Shown one piece after another: positions 9,211-17,838 of a DNA stretch of 64,000 bases. The DNA comes from Thermodesulfovibrionales bacterium. GTDB lineage: Bacteria; Nitrospirota; Thermodesulfovibrionia; Thermodesulfovibrionales; SM23-35. Below the pieces are notes generated by a model. The model was not told the DNA's origin, ran no database searches, and was given only the letters and a program-made list of their open reading frames with translations. The position numbers and the translations under genes were made by a program. Position 1 is the stretch's first letter, and each line of letters opens with the position of its first letter. Location: assembly GCA_963715195.1 (NCBI GenBank), contig CAVQRT010000031.1:262918-326917 (forward strand), written 5' to 3'.

Positions 9211-9656
9211 CTTGTCGCGGCTATCATTTCTTTTAATATCTTCTGCCGTTTTTTGATAAGAAATTTCTCAAGCGCAAAAAGAGGCTGAGAGTCGATATAT
9301 TCTTTGAAGGCAAAAGCTTTATGTGCAGCATATTCATCCTCGTCACCATAGAGTAAAATCCCTGATGAAATAACTTCGTATCTATGAAATGTATTAACCT
9401 TATTGAGATTTGTTAAATCTATTTTATTATCTGGGATACCGAACAGATCTGATAAAAAATGTAAGAGCTCAATATAATTGTTGAAATCAGCTATATTTCC
9501 TTTCTTTGTCGTTAATACTGCCACATCATAATCACTTTCTTCACGGACAGTTCCCATAGCCTGAGAGCCGAAAAGAACAAGAAATTTGATCCCATGTTCG
9601 ATTGCATATTGTTCAATATTTTCTTTATTGATTTCCATGAGTTTAATGTAGCACAT
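9207..9656 (-). CDS. mntA: MNT-type nucleotidyltransferase antitoxin
   Basis: GSxx...DxD nucleotidyltransferase signature (LVLFGSQAMGTVREESDYDVAVL). The ATG at 9638 (MEINKE...) is an alternative start. Confidence 0.8.
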   Translation of the reverse strand: MCYIKLMEINKENIEQYAIEHGIKFLVLFGSQAMGTVREESDYDVAVLTTKKGNIADFNNYIELLHFLSDLFGIPDNKIDLTNLNKVNTFHRYEVISSGILLYGDEDEYAAHKAFAFKEYIDSQPLFALEKFLIKKRQKILKEMIAATR

Positions 9657-9760
9657 AAGCGATGAAACAGCAAAACATACCCCGCAGCTTTACAACGGTT
9701 TGCATTTTTTATCAATAATTTACTATGCTTAATTATTAAACATTGGGAGGTAAGAAAGGC

Positions 9761-10108
9761 ATGACGATTACTGATAAGGCTGCTGAAAAGGCTCTGGCCA
9801 TCCTGACCGGCGAAGGCAAAGCGAACTGGGGGTTGCGGATATTTGTAGCAGGAGAAAGCTGCTGCGGCCCGTCATTCGGTCTCGATATGCAGGAAGAGCA
9901 GAGGCCTGATGATGAAGTTTTAGAGAAGAACGGTTTGAAGGTTTTCTTGGACAAACACACCATGTCAACGCTCACCGGAAGAGAGCTTGATTATTATGTC
10001 GGGGAAGAGGGTGAAGGGTTCGTCTTCACCGGGGGCGTCTCTACGTGCGGCACCGGAAGCTCTGCATGCGGCACCGGCGGTTCGGGCTGCAGCTCCTGCG
10101 GCGAGTAA
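9761..10108 (+). CDS. HesB/IscA-like Fe-S assembly accessory protein with a Cys/Gly-rich tail
   Basis: MTITDKAAEKA...RIFVAGESCCGPSFGL...F.F is the A-type-carrier fold pattern. The C-terminus is CGTGSSACGTGGSGCSSCGE. SD GGGAGG lies 10 nt upstream of the ATG at 9761. Confidence 0.65.
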   Translation: MTITDKAAEKALAILTGEGKANWGLRIFVAGESCCGPSFGLDMQEEQRPDDEVLEKNGLKVFLDKHTMSTLTGRELDYYVGEEGEGFVFTGGVSTCGTGSSACGTGGSGCSSCGE

Positions 10109-10117
10109 GACAGAGCG

Positions 10118-11089
10118 GTGTTCCCCGTTCATCGTCCGCGAAGACTCAGGAAAAATGATACGATCAGGAGAATGGTGAGGGAAACCTCACTGTCTCCTGA
10201 TCATTTTGTATATCCTCTTTTTGTTACCTCCGGCAAAGGCACACGGAAAGAGATATCCTCTATGCCCGGGTGTTATCAAGAGTCTATCGATACCGTAGCC
10301 AGGCATGCTAAGGAAGTCTTTGCGCTCGGCATTCCAGCGGTGATACTCTTCGGCATTCCCGAACACAAGGACGAGACCGGCTCGGGTGCATATGATGATC
10401 AGGGCGTCGTTCAGAAGGCTATCAGGTCAATAAAGAATAAGGTACCTGAATTGTTTGTCGCCACCGATGTTTGTTTGTGCGAATATACAAGCCACGGCCA
10501 CTGCGGAGTCATAAAAAATGGTGATGTGCAGAACGATCTAACCCTTGAATTGCTGGTGAAGGAAGCGGTTTCCCACGCGAAGGCCGGTGCTGATATGGTC
10601 GCTCCATCGGATATGATGGACGGAAGGGTCGGCACAATCCGCGCCGCCCTGGATGAAGAGGGATATGAAGAACTCCCGATTATGTCCTATGCCGCGAAAT
10701 ATGCATCGGCGTTTTACGGCCCGTTCAGAGATGCTGCCGAATCAACTCCCCAGTTCGGCGACAGGCGCTCATACCAGATGGATCCTGCCAACAGGAGAGA
10801 GGCCTTGAAGGAGGTGGCGCTTGATGTTCAGGAAGGTGCCGATATTGTTATGGTGAAACCCGCACTTGCATATCTTGACGTTATCTCAGATGTTAAGGAC
10901 GCTTTTGATGTCCCCGTGGCAGCCTACAATGTGAGCGGAGAATATTCACTCGTAAAAGCTGCCGGAAAACTCGGGTGGATAGATGAGCAGCGTGTCATGA
11001 TGGAGATACTTACCTCGATTAGGCGTGCAGGGGCTGATCTCATACTTACCTATTTTGCAAAAGAAGCCTCAAAAATTCTCAATAAATAA
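10118..11089 (+). CDS. hemB: Porphobilinogen synthase (delta-aminolevulinic acid dehydratase)
   Basis: The N-terminus [29 protein letters not shown], the zinc site [14 protein letters not shown], and MVKPA..YLD are all classic HemB blocks. GTG start. Confidence 0.95.
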   Translation: MFPVHRPRRLRKNDTIRRMVRETSLSPDHFVYPLFVTSGKGTRKEISSMPGCYQESIDTVARHAKEVFALGIPAVILFGIPEHKDETGSGAYDDQGVVQKAIRSIKNKVPELFVATDVCLCEYTSHGHCGVIKNGDVQNDLTLELLVKEAVSHAKAGADMVAPSDMMDGRVGTIRAALDEEGYEELPIMSYAAKYASAFYGPFRDAAESTPQFGDRRSYQMDPANRREALKEVALDVQEGADIVMVKPALAYLDVISDVKDAFDVPVAAYNVSGEYSLVKAAGKLGWIDEQRVMMEILTSIRRAGADLILTYFAKEASKILNK

Positions 11090-11237
11090 TTATCTGCATC
11101 AAAGTTTTCCTTGACGCTTCTTTCCCCAGGACTTAGCCCAGATTATTCATATACTGTGGTACCTTGACAGGACACAATATTGTCGCTCATTCTCGGTCTT
11201 CGACCTCCGAGGAATTTTGCCTCATTATTATTGAATA

Positions 11238-11282
11238 CATAGTGTTTGAATATCTGCAAAATAAATCCGCTCAAACACTATG
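11238..11282. promoter_or_regulatory. Perfect 12-bp inverted repeat (CATAGTGTTTGA-N21-TCAAACACTATG) about 95 nt upstream of the octaheme cytochrome gene
   Basis: Read directly from the sequence. It lies in an intergenic region. Confidence 0.35.
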
Positions 11283-11377
11283 TCCTGTTAGTATCCAAGG
11301 AAATTTGTGAATTATATAGGTTAGAATGTAAGGGAAAATTTCATGCAATCATATTTATCATAGGAGGGAGGATTAAG

Positions 11378-12433
11378 ATGAAGAAGACGTCCATTATCCT
11401 GCTGTCAATGTTCGTTCTTATCGTGTCAGGGTTTCTTGCGCAGGGGTATTCTGAAGATGTCAAGAAGGAGGATTGTTTCTTCCTGTCGAGTCTTCATCAT
11501 ACGTCGAGGGGGATGGCTTACTGGTATGATAAAGCGAATGGCGGTCTTGAAACACTTACCGGCATACCGTATGCAAGTCCGAAACTCGATTGCACTAACT
11601 GTCACGTAAAGTCATGTGACGTCTGTCATAAGACGGTAACCGAAGATAAGTTGTCTTACTCTGTTAAAGCAGCGCAGAATCAGGATGTCTGTCTGAATTG
11701 CCATAAACGGGAAAAGACTCTCATGAAGATTGATAAAGATGCCAATCAGGTTGATGTCCACGTGGACAAGCAGATGCGATGCATGAATTGTCATAGAACG
11801 AGAGAAGTCCACGGTGACGGAAAGGAATATAATTCCATGAAGCAGCCTGGAGCGATCGATGCGAAATGCAAGAAGTGTCATCCGTCGGTTCCCGAAAGTA
11901 TCTCACATGAGATTCACGGGGATAGGTTGGAATGTAACGCATGTCACGTCCGTCATGTTGTAAGCTGTCAGAACTGTCATATTGAGACCATTATCAATGA
12001 GCGGAAGCGCGTAGATATCAAAGTCTCCGGATGGTTGTTTCTGATGAATTACGAAGGTAAGGTAACATCAGCAAATACCCAGACATTTGTGGTGCCGGGG
12101 AATAAGACCTTCATCTTATTTGCTCCACAGAACAGTCATTCGATCATGAGGGAGGGACGTAAGTGTGGTGACTGCCATGGTACTGATATCGTCAAACAGG
12201 CTCAGAATGGTAAGGTGAAGCTGACTTGGCTTGAAAACAATGAATTGAAGAATCTTAAGGGTGTAATCCCTGTCGTTGAGGGAGTGGAATATGATTGTGT
12301 ATATCAGGATTATAAAAACGGGAAATGGCTTCCCATCCAGAATCCACCATCACCTATGGTCCAATATAGCGGCTATGGCAAGCCCTTGACAAAGGATCAG
12401 TTGAAGAAACTGGCGCACCCGATGGGCAGGTAG
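11378..12433 (+). CDS. Exported octaheme c-type cytochrome
   Basis: Eight CxxCH motifs (CTNCH, CDVCH, CLNCH, CMNCH, CKKCH, CNACH, CQNCH, CGDCH). Signal peptide MKKTSIILLSMFVLIVSGFLAQG. SD GGAGGGAGG. Confidence 0.85.
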   Translation: MKKTSIILLSMFVLIVSGFLAQGYSEDVKKEDCFFLSSLHHTSRGMAYWYDKANGGLETLTGIPYASPKLDCTNCHVKSCDVCHKTVTEDKLSYSVKAAQNQDVCLNCHKREKTLMKIDKDANQVDVHVDKQMRCMNCHRTREVHGDGKEYNSMKQPGAIDAKCKKCHPSVPESISHEIHGDRLECNACHVRHVVSCQNCHIETIINERKRVDIKVSGWLFLMNYEGKVTSANTQTFVVPGNKTFILFAPQNSHSIMREGRKCGDCHGTDIVKQAQNGKVKLTWLENNELKNLKGVIPVVEGVEYDCVYQDYKNGKWLPIQNPPSPMVQYSGYGKPLTKDQLKKLAHPMGR

Positions 12434-12487
12434 GTAACGGCTACTTCACAAACAATTATATAGAACGACTTAATACCAATGCAGCTT

Positions 12488-12567
12488 GTCATTCCGGCTT
12501 GACCGGAATCTTTCTGAAGAAGAGGGATTCCCGACCTCCCGAAAGCATTCGGGATTGCGGGAATGAC
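12488..12567 (+). repeat. Dispersed palindromic (REP/MITE-like) element, copy A
   Basis: GTCATTCCGGCTTGACCGGAATC...GGATTCCCGA...TCGGGATTGCGGGAATGAC. The terminal GTCATTCC/GGAATGAC arms and inner hairpins are shared with copies at 31151, 33487, 47947 and 59190. Confidence 0.6.
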
Positions 12568-12593
12568 ATATGAGTAATGTCGTAATGTGAAAA

Positions 12594-13484
12594 CTATGCC
12601 CCATAAAATTTAGACGGGCCTTGCAGAACGTGCCATTCAGCTTCTTCAAAGACTTTTATGCACTCCTTGACTGTCATCCCCCGTTTGCCTTCTGTCTCTT
12701 TCTCGGTGTCGCGGGGGTTGGCCCCGGCTTCCGCCCACAGGAGGTTGGCCCCTGCAGCGGCACCAATGACATTCGGCTCGTGAGTGCAGTTGCCTGGTAC
12801 GTCATACCCCAGCGCCAATCTCACTACCGCAAGAATGTGTGCCATCTTTGCCTCGCTGACGATACCATATTGAGCCATATTGGTTCCGGGTATCGGGATT
12901 CGCCGTGCTGCCCCACTATACACCGGTTTGGCGTCACGGGTAATTATTGTCTTTTCTACTAATTCTTCAATAGAATGTTCATTACCAACCGGCTCGACAC
13001 AAGTACCCAATGATAGTCCGGCTTCTCTCGCATTTTTAAAAGTCATGAGTCTTTTATTGACAGGAATTGTTGTATCTCGACCTTCACCTAATCTCACAGC
13101 ATGGTATATTCCCACAAAACCGGTATCTTTCAGCTTTTTTGCCTGTTCTCTGGTAAAATCTCCGATGTTTGCAACAAGGACAGTTTCCGGGCGGAGGGAT
13201 TTCCTGATTTCCCGGGAGATGTTGACGAATTTTTCGAACGAATAATCAGCCGTACTCATGATATAAACGGCATTCGCTCCGTCAGCTTCGAGCTGTTTTG
13301 CTTTTGCAACAGCTTCCTCCGCTGAAATTTCAACCCTTTCAGTAAAAACTTTGTTTTTGGCCGCAAACGAACAAAATGAACAGTTCCTAGGGCACGGAGC
13401 AATATTTAAACCCACTTGCGCATGAACTTCCGCCAGGCCATTGCCTGCATGCTCACTCTTTCTTCGAGAAGCTGCGAGCATCAT
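12594..13484 (-). CDS. Radical SAM protein, BioB/HydE-like
   Basis: CPRNCSFC (Cx3Cx2C) cluster motif and overall BioB-like layout. The reading frame stays open upstream to 13624 without any ATG (see findings). Confidence 0.7.
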   Translation of the reverse strand: MMLAASRRKSEHAGNGLAEVHAQVGLNIAPCPRNCSFCSFAAKNKVFTERVEISAEEAVAKAKQLEADGANAVYIMSTADYSFEKFVNISREIRKSLRPETVLVANIGDFTREQAKKLKDTGFVGIYHAVRLGEGRDTTIPVNKRLMTFKNAREAGLSLGTCVEPVGNEHSIEELVEKTIITRDAKPVYSGAARRIPIPGTNMAQYGIVSEAKMAHILAVVRLALGYDVPGNCTHEPNVIGAAAGANLLWAEAGANPRDTEKETEGKRGMTVKECIKVFEEAEWHVLQGPSKFYGA

Positions 13485-13685
13485 TGCAGATTCTTCGGAA
13501 AAGAGGGGAACCCGGAATAATGAGGTAATTTCCTCTCTGCTGAGCGATGCTCCGTCTAATGCCTTTTGCAGTATTTCCCTAATCAGAATACTATACCCCC
13601 AGCAAAGTTCTCGCGATCGTGCGAATTAATAATTATACCATTGATTCTATGGTAAGCGCGGTCATATGTTGCCGTTAAATTCCAC

Positions 13686-13714
13686 TTGACAGGAAATTCT
13701 CATAGGTATAAAAT
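13686..13714 (+). promoter_or_regulatory. Sigma-70-type promoter (TTGACA-17 nt-TAAAAT) for the fur gene
   Basis: TTGACA at 13686..13691 and TAAAAT at 13709..13714, with exact 17-nt spacing. Confidence 0.5.
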
Positions 13715-13733
13715 GATATTGACAATCATTATC
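13715..13733. promoter_or_regulatory. Fur box
   Basis: GATATTGACAATCATTATC matches the classical 19-bp consensus GATAATGATAATCATTATC at 17 of 19 positions. It lies immediately downstream of the -10 element and upstream of a Fur-family gene. Confidence 0.65.
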
Positions 13734-13752
13734 AATAAGGAGATTAGTCGTT

Positions 13753-14226
13753 ATGCCGTGGAGAGATGGATCCGGACCCCCATGGTTGCAGGGGAAATTA
13801 AAGGGTTGTGGTTACAGGCTGACAGTACCGAGAGAAGCCATTCTGGATGTTTTGAGTAACACAAATGAACATCTGTCTGCTGAAGATATTTATCTAAAGG
13901 TACACAAGGTGCATCCTGCAATCGGATTGACGACTGTGTACCGAACTTTAGAACTGCTGGTGCAAACGGGGATGGTGTTCAAATTCGACTTTGGCGATGG
14001 CAGAGCCAGATATGAATTATCTGAAAGTCCAAAGGGTATTGGGCACCATCACCATCTCGTGTGCACCAAATGCCGCAGGATCGTTGATTATCAGGATTTT
14101 ATTGATGAAGAAAAAGAGCTCTTGAAAAAGACCGAACGGGGGCTTTCTAAGAAATATAATTTTCAGATTACGAACCATCTCATCCAGTTTTACGGGTTAT
14201 GTTCGCGCTGTCTGAAGAGCGGTTAA
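13753..14226 (+). CDS. fur: Fur-family transcriptional regulator
   Basis: 157 aa with a DNA-binding helix region (LSAEDIY..V......IGLTTVYRTLELL), HHHHLVCTKC and CSRC metal sites. Confidence 0.9.
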   Translation: MPWRDGSGPPWLQGKLKGCGYRLTVPREAILDVLSNTNEHLSAEDIYLKVHKVHPAIGLTTVYRTLELLVQTGMVFKFDFGDGRARYELSESPKGIGHHHHLVCTKCRRIVDYQDFIDEEKELLKKTERGLSKKYNFQITNHLIQFYGLCSRCLKSG

Positions 14227-14244
14227 AAAAATTTGTCATATAAT

Positions 14245-14263
14245 GAAAATGATTATCATTGGC
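14245..14263. promoter_or_regulatory. Second Fur-box-like site with a perfect AATGAT-T-ATCATT core
   Basis: GAAAATGATTATCATTGGC matches the Fur consensus at 15 of 19 positions. It lies upstream of the M50/DUF5320/NifX-like gene string. Confidence 0.55.
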
Positions 14264-14355
14264 ACCAATGGACACGAGACTTTTTGATGACCTGTATAGG
14301 AATTTTCTGATCGATGTTTCGATCAGAATCATAAGGAAGCAGATTTTTCAATACC

Positions 14356-15120
14356 ATGAAAACATTACAATTTAGAAATTGCAAAGTATGCATAAACCCT
14401 TTCTGCTCAATTATTGCGGTGATGATCATTTTCTCTTGCGTGAAAGTCATGACACCTATTGACGGTTACCGTTTGCACGCTTTTGACTATCTGATTATTT
14501 CCTTTCTGATTCTCGTTGGTTCGATGGGTTGTCTCTTCTTACACGAGTATGCACATGTTCTGGCATCGAGGAGGATAGGCTTACCGGTTAAGGAAATTAC
14601 GGTGTCATTGTTTGGAGCTTACACGTCACTTCATGGTAGCCCTTTGCAACCACGAGAGGCACTCGTTGTATCTATAGCCGGGCCTGTCGCAAATGTCTTT
14701 ATAGGAATCATTTTCTATGCAGGTTACCTTGTTTTCCTGCAATCAGATATTGTCGGTACTATATTCTTTTACCTGAGCGTTTTCAATGGTGTTCTGAGTG
14801 CTTACAATTTAATGCCAGTTATGCCTTTAGATGGAGGATTGATTGTGCGTTCCACATTGTGGTTGGTGAGCGGTAACTGGACATGGGCAACGCGAAGAGC
14901 ACTCCTCATTGGCAATGGATATGCTGTACTTTGCATTATCGCAGGAATCATGCTTGTCACCATGCAGCATAGTCTCATCGGTGCCGTTTTATGCGTTCTG
15001 GGGTTATCTCTTTGGCAAAGTGAAAAATTAGCATATCAACGAATGTTGGCAGCAAAAATATTGAACATAGTAAACCCTAAGGGCTATCGAAAGGAGGTGA
15101 TGAGAGATGCCATTCGGTGA
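14356..15120 (+). CDS. Site-2 protease family (M50) membrane zinc metalloprotease
   Basis: HEYAHV (HExxH) in a TM helix, NLMPVMPLDGG, and multiple hydrophobic segments. The start is uncertain, with alternative ATGs up to 14449. Confidence 0.75.
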   Translation: MKTLQFRNCKVCINPFCSIIAVMIIFSCVKVMTPIDGYRLHAFDYLIISFLILVGSMGCLFLHEYAHVLASRRIGLPVKEITVSLFGAYTSLHGSPLQPREALVVSIAGPVANVFIGIIFYAGYLVFLQSDIVGTIFFYLSVFNGVLSAYNLMPVMPLDGGLIVRSTLWLVSGNWTWATRRALLIGNGYAVLCIIAGIMLVTMQHSLIGAVLCVLGLSLWQSEKLAYQRMLAAKILNIVNPKGYRKEVMRDAIR

Positions 15121-15478
15121 CGGAACAGGACCTCAGGGCTTCGGGCCAAGGACAGGAAGAGGGTCAGGATATTGCGCTGGCTTTGGAATGCCTGGTTCCA
15201 TGAATTCTGTGCCTGGAGGAGCGGGCTTTGGCTTCGGCCGCGGCAGGGCAATGGGCTGCCAGTGGTTTGGAGGTGGTCGCGGATGGCGGAACTGGTATCG
15301 TGCAACTGGATTACCCCACTGGGCACGAGCAGGGTATGGATATCCTTATGCACCATCATGTACCGCCAAAGAGGAAACAAACTTTCTTAGGGAAGAGGCA
15401 GAATTTCTGAGAAAGCAGCTCGAAGACATTCAAAACCGGATCAGTACTTTAGAAAAGGCAGAAACGCAGGAAAGCTGA
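15107..15478 (+). CDS. DUF5320 family protein
   Basis: MPFGDGTGPQGFGPRTGRGSGYCAGFGMPG..., a Gly/Arg-rich middle and a C-terminal coiled coil (EEAEFLRKQLEDIQNRISTLEK). SD AAGGAGG. Confidence 0.8.
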   Translation: MPFGDGTGPQGFGPRTGRGSGYCAGFGMPGSMNSVPGGAGFGFGRGRAMGCQWFGGGRGWRNWYRATGLPHWARAGYGYPYAPSCTAKEETNFLREEAEFLRKQLEDIQNRISTLEKAETQES

Positions 15479-15610
15479 TATGTCCAATATCAGGTTGCCA
15501 TTGCGATCTCGCTCCCCCCTTCCTGTATCAAGAGCAGATGTTTTGAGTATTCTGCCTTGAGAGTGGATCGCAATGGCTTTTTTAAGAAAAGATAAGGGAG
15601 GTAACATCAC

Positions 15611-16015
15611 GTGAGAGTTGCAATATCTACAGACGGTGAATTTGTATCGGAACATTTCGGAAGATGTCCGTCTTTTACGGTAGTCGATATTGAAGAGGGC
15701 ATAGTCAGGAGTACCATGGCCTTGGAAAATCCCGGACATCAGCCAGGGGTTATCCCCCAATTTTTACATCAGAAGGGAGTCAACTGTATTGTGGCAGGCG
15801 GCATGGGAATGCGTGCAAGAGGTTTTTTTGATGAGGTCGGTATGCAAGCGATTCTGGGTATTACAGGAAGGATCGACGATGTAATCCGGAAACTTCAGAA
15901 CGGAATACTGCAGGGAGGTGAGAGTCTCTGCAAGCCAGGTGCAGGAAAAGGATATGGTCTTGACAAGGAAGTGTGTGACCATCCAGATGAAGCGCATAAA
16001 AAGTGTAAACACTAA
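15611..16015 (+). CDS. NifB/NifX-family (dinitrogenase FeMo-cofactor-binding fold) protein
   Basis: MRVAISTDG..VSEHFGRCPSFTVVD...VNCIVAGGMG. GTG start with SD GGGAGG. Confidence 0.85.
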   Translation: MRVAISTDGEFVSEHFGRCPSFTVVDIEEGIVRSTMALENPGHQPGVIPQFLHQKGVNCIVAGGMGMRARGFFDEVGMQAILGITGRIDDVIRKLQNGILQGGESLCKPGAGKGYGLDKEVCDHPDEAHKKCKH

Positions 16016-16030
16016 AGAGAGGTGATAGAC

Positions 16031-16399
16031 ATGAAAATTTGTATAACGTCACAGGAAGACAATCTCGATGCACAGGTCGATCCCCGCTTTGGCAGATGCC
16101 GATATTTTGTTATTGCTGATCCGGAAACCCTTCAGTATGAGGCGATTGTGAATCCTAATATTGATGCGAGGGGTGGTGCAGGCATACAATCAGGGCAGAT
16201 TATGGCCGAAAAGCAGGTCAAAGCAGTTGTCACGGGAAATGTAGGTCCGAATGCTTTTCAGACGCTCAATGCAGCCGGAATTACGGTAGTAACAGGTGCG
16301 TCGGGCACTGTCAGGCACGCGATAGAAAAATACAAGAACGGGGAATTAGAAACAGCCCAGGGACCAACAACCGGCGCCATGATGGCGCACGGGAAATAG
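16031..16399 (+). CDS. NifB/NifX-family protein (second copy)
   Basis: MKICITSQ...VDPRFGRCRYFVI...GAGIQSGQ...VKAVVTGNVGPNAF..L.AAGI. Confidence 0.85.
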   Translation: MKICITSQEDNLDAQVDPRFGRCRYFVIADPETLQYEAIVNPNIDARGGAGIQSGQIMAEKQVKAVVTGNVGPNAFQTLNAAGITVVTGASGTVRHAIEKYKNGELETAQGPTTGAMMAHGK

Positions 16400-16412
16400 G
16401 GAGGTGATTGGA

Positions 16413-16628
16413 ATGCCAAGAGGACAGGGTCAAGGTTCTGGTTCGGGCGGCGGGATGGGAAGAGGTGCTGGCAGCGCTGGTAGAAGAGGAATGGGAGGTA
16501 AAAAAGCTGGAGGCCCGGGAGGTAATTGCATCTGCCCCAATTGTGGAGAAAAAGTTGTCCATCAGCAGGGTGTCCCCTGTTACTCAGTCAACTGCTCCAA
16601 ATGCGGTGCAAAAATGGTGAGGGAATAG
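16413..16628 (+). CDS. Small Gly/Arg-rich zinc-ribbon protein
   Basis: MPRGQGQGSGSGGGMGRG... followed by CPNCG...CSKCG. SD GGGAGG. It lies in the same operon string. Confidence 0.55.
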   Translation: MPRGQGQGSGSGGGMGRGAGSAGRRGMGGKKAGGPGGNCICPNCGEKVVHQQGVPCYSVNCSKCGAKMVRE

Positions 16629-16667
16629 AGGTGTTAGAAATGCAATCTCCTTGGAGAGAGGTGGAAT

Positions 16668-17567
16668 ATGCGTAAGGAACAGGAATGTAAAACGAATGAA
16701 AGCAGTTCAAAGCGGAATCTCCCGACAAGGGAGGAGATTGAAGAGATGCGGGAAAAGCTTGCGCTGCAGGATAATATCGGGCGTATCAGCCACAAAGTTG
16801 TTGTACTGTCAGGTAAAGGGGGTGTCGGCAAGAGTACGGTTGCTACCAATATAGCAGTCGCCCTGTCTGTAAAGGGACAGAAGGTCGGACTGATGGATGT
16901 TGATATCCATGGTCCGAGTATTCCTAAAATGCTGGGACTTGAAGGAAACGTACTGAGAGGAACAGAAACAGGGCTTACGCCGATAGTTTATAGTGATAAT
17001 TTACGGGTGATGTCAATCGGGTTTATCCTGAGGAGTCAGAACGATGCAGTTATTTGGAGGGCACCACTGAAACACAAGCTCATAAGAGATTTTCTTACCG
17101 ATGTGAAATGGGGTGAGATTGATTATCTTATTATTGACTCTCCTCCAGGAACCGGAGACGAACCTCTTTCTGTTGCTCAGTTGATTGAAGATGCAGACGG
17201 AGCTGTCATTGTGACAACCCCTCAGGATGTAGCCCTTATAGATGTACGCAAGGCTATAACGTTTTGTCGTCAGGTAAACCTTCCGGTTTTGGGGGTTGTT
17301 GAGAATATGAGTGGCTTTGTTTGCCCTCATTGTGGTAAGACGGTGAATATATTTAAAACTGGTGGTGGTGAATCAATGGCATCAGATATGGGCGTGCCTT
17401 TTCTCGGACGTATACCACTGGAACCGAAGATTGTCGATGCAGGCGACAGCGGAAAACCGTATTTTGAGTACTACCGGGAGTCGGAAACCGCAAAGGCTTT
17501 CAATAGGGTAATAGAAACCCTGCTCTTGTTGAACTCTCAAAGGAAAACTGCTTCTTCAGGAGAGTGA
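16668..17567 (+). CDS. Mrp/NBP35 (ApbC) family Fe-S cluster carrier ATPase
   Basis: Deviant Walker A VLSGKGGVGKSTVATN, the CPHCG cluster-bridging motif and GRIPLEP. Confidence 0.9.
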   Translation: MRKEQECKTNESSSKRNLPTREEIEEMREKLALQDNIGRISHKVVVLSGKGGVGKSTVATNIAVALSVKGQKVGLMDVDIHGPSIPKMLGLEGNVLRGTETGLTPIVYSDNLRVMSIGFILRSQNDAVIWRAPLKHKLIRDFLTDVKWGEIDYLIIDSPPGTGDEPLSVAQLIEDADGAVIVTTPQDVALIDVRKAITFCRQVNLPVLGVVENMSGFVCPHCGKTVNIFKTGGGESMASDMGVPFLGRIPLEPKIVDAGDSGKPYFEYYRESETAKAFNRVIETLLLLNSQRKTASSGE

Positions 17568-17571
17568 ATCC

Positions 17572-17814
17572 ATGCCTGTTTATGAATATAAATGTGAAAC
17601 ATGCGAATATGTATTTGAAGTGAACCATGCAATGAACGAAAATCCGGCTGTGTTCTGTCCGGAGTGCAATGCAAACGCCATGAAGATTATTACCGGAGGA
17701 ACGGGGTTTATTATGAAAGGCTCTCATCATAAGGGTACCGGCATCCAGTGCGGAAGGGAACAGACATGCTGCGGAAAAAGCACCCCGTGTGAAACACGAC
17801 CGTGTGACAAATAA
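17572..17814 (+). CDS. FmdB-family zinc-ribbon protein
   Basis: MPVYEYKCETCEYVFE......CPEC is the typical CxxC...CxxC FmdB N-terminus. Confidence 0.8.
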   Translation: MPVYEYKCETCEYVFEVNHAMNENPAVFCPECNANAMKIITGGTGFIMKGSHHKGTGIQCGREQTCCGKSTPCETRPCDK

Positions 17815-17838
17815 GATGACAAGAGGAGGAATAATCCA

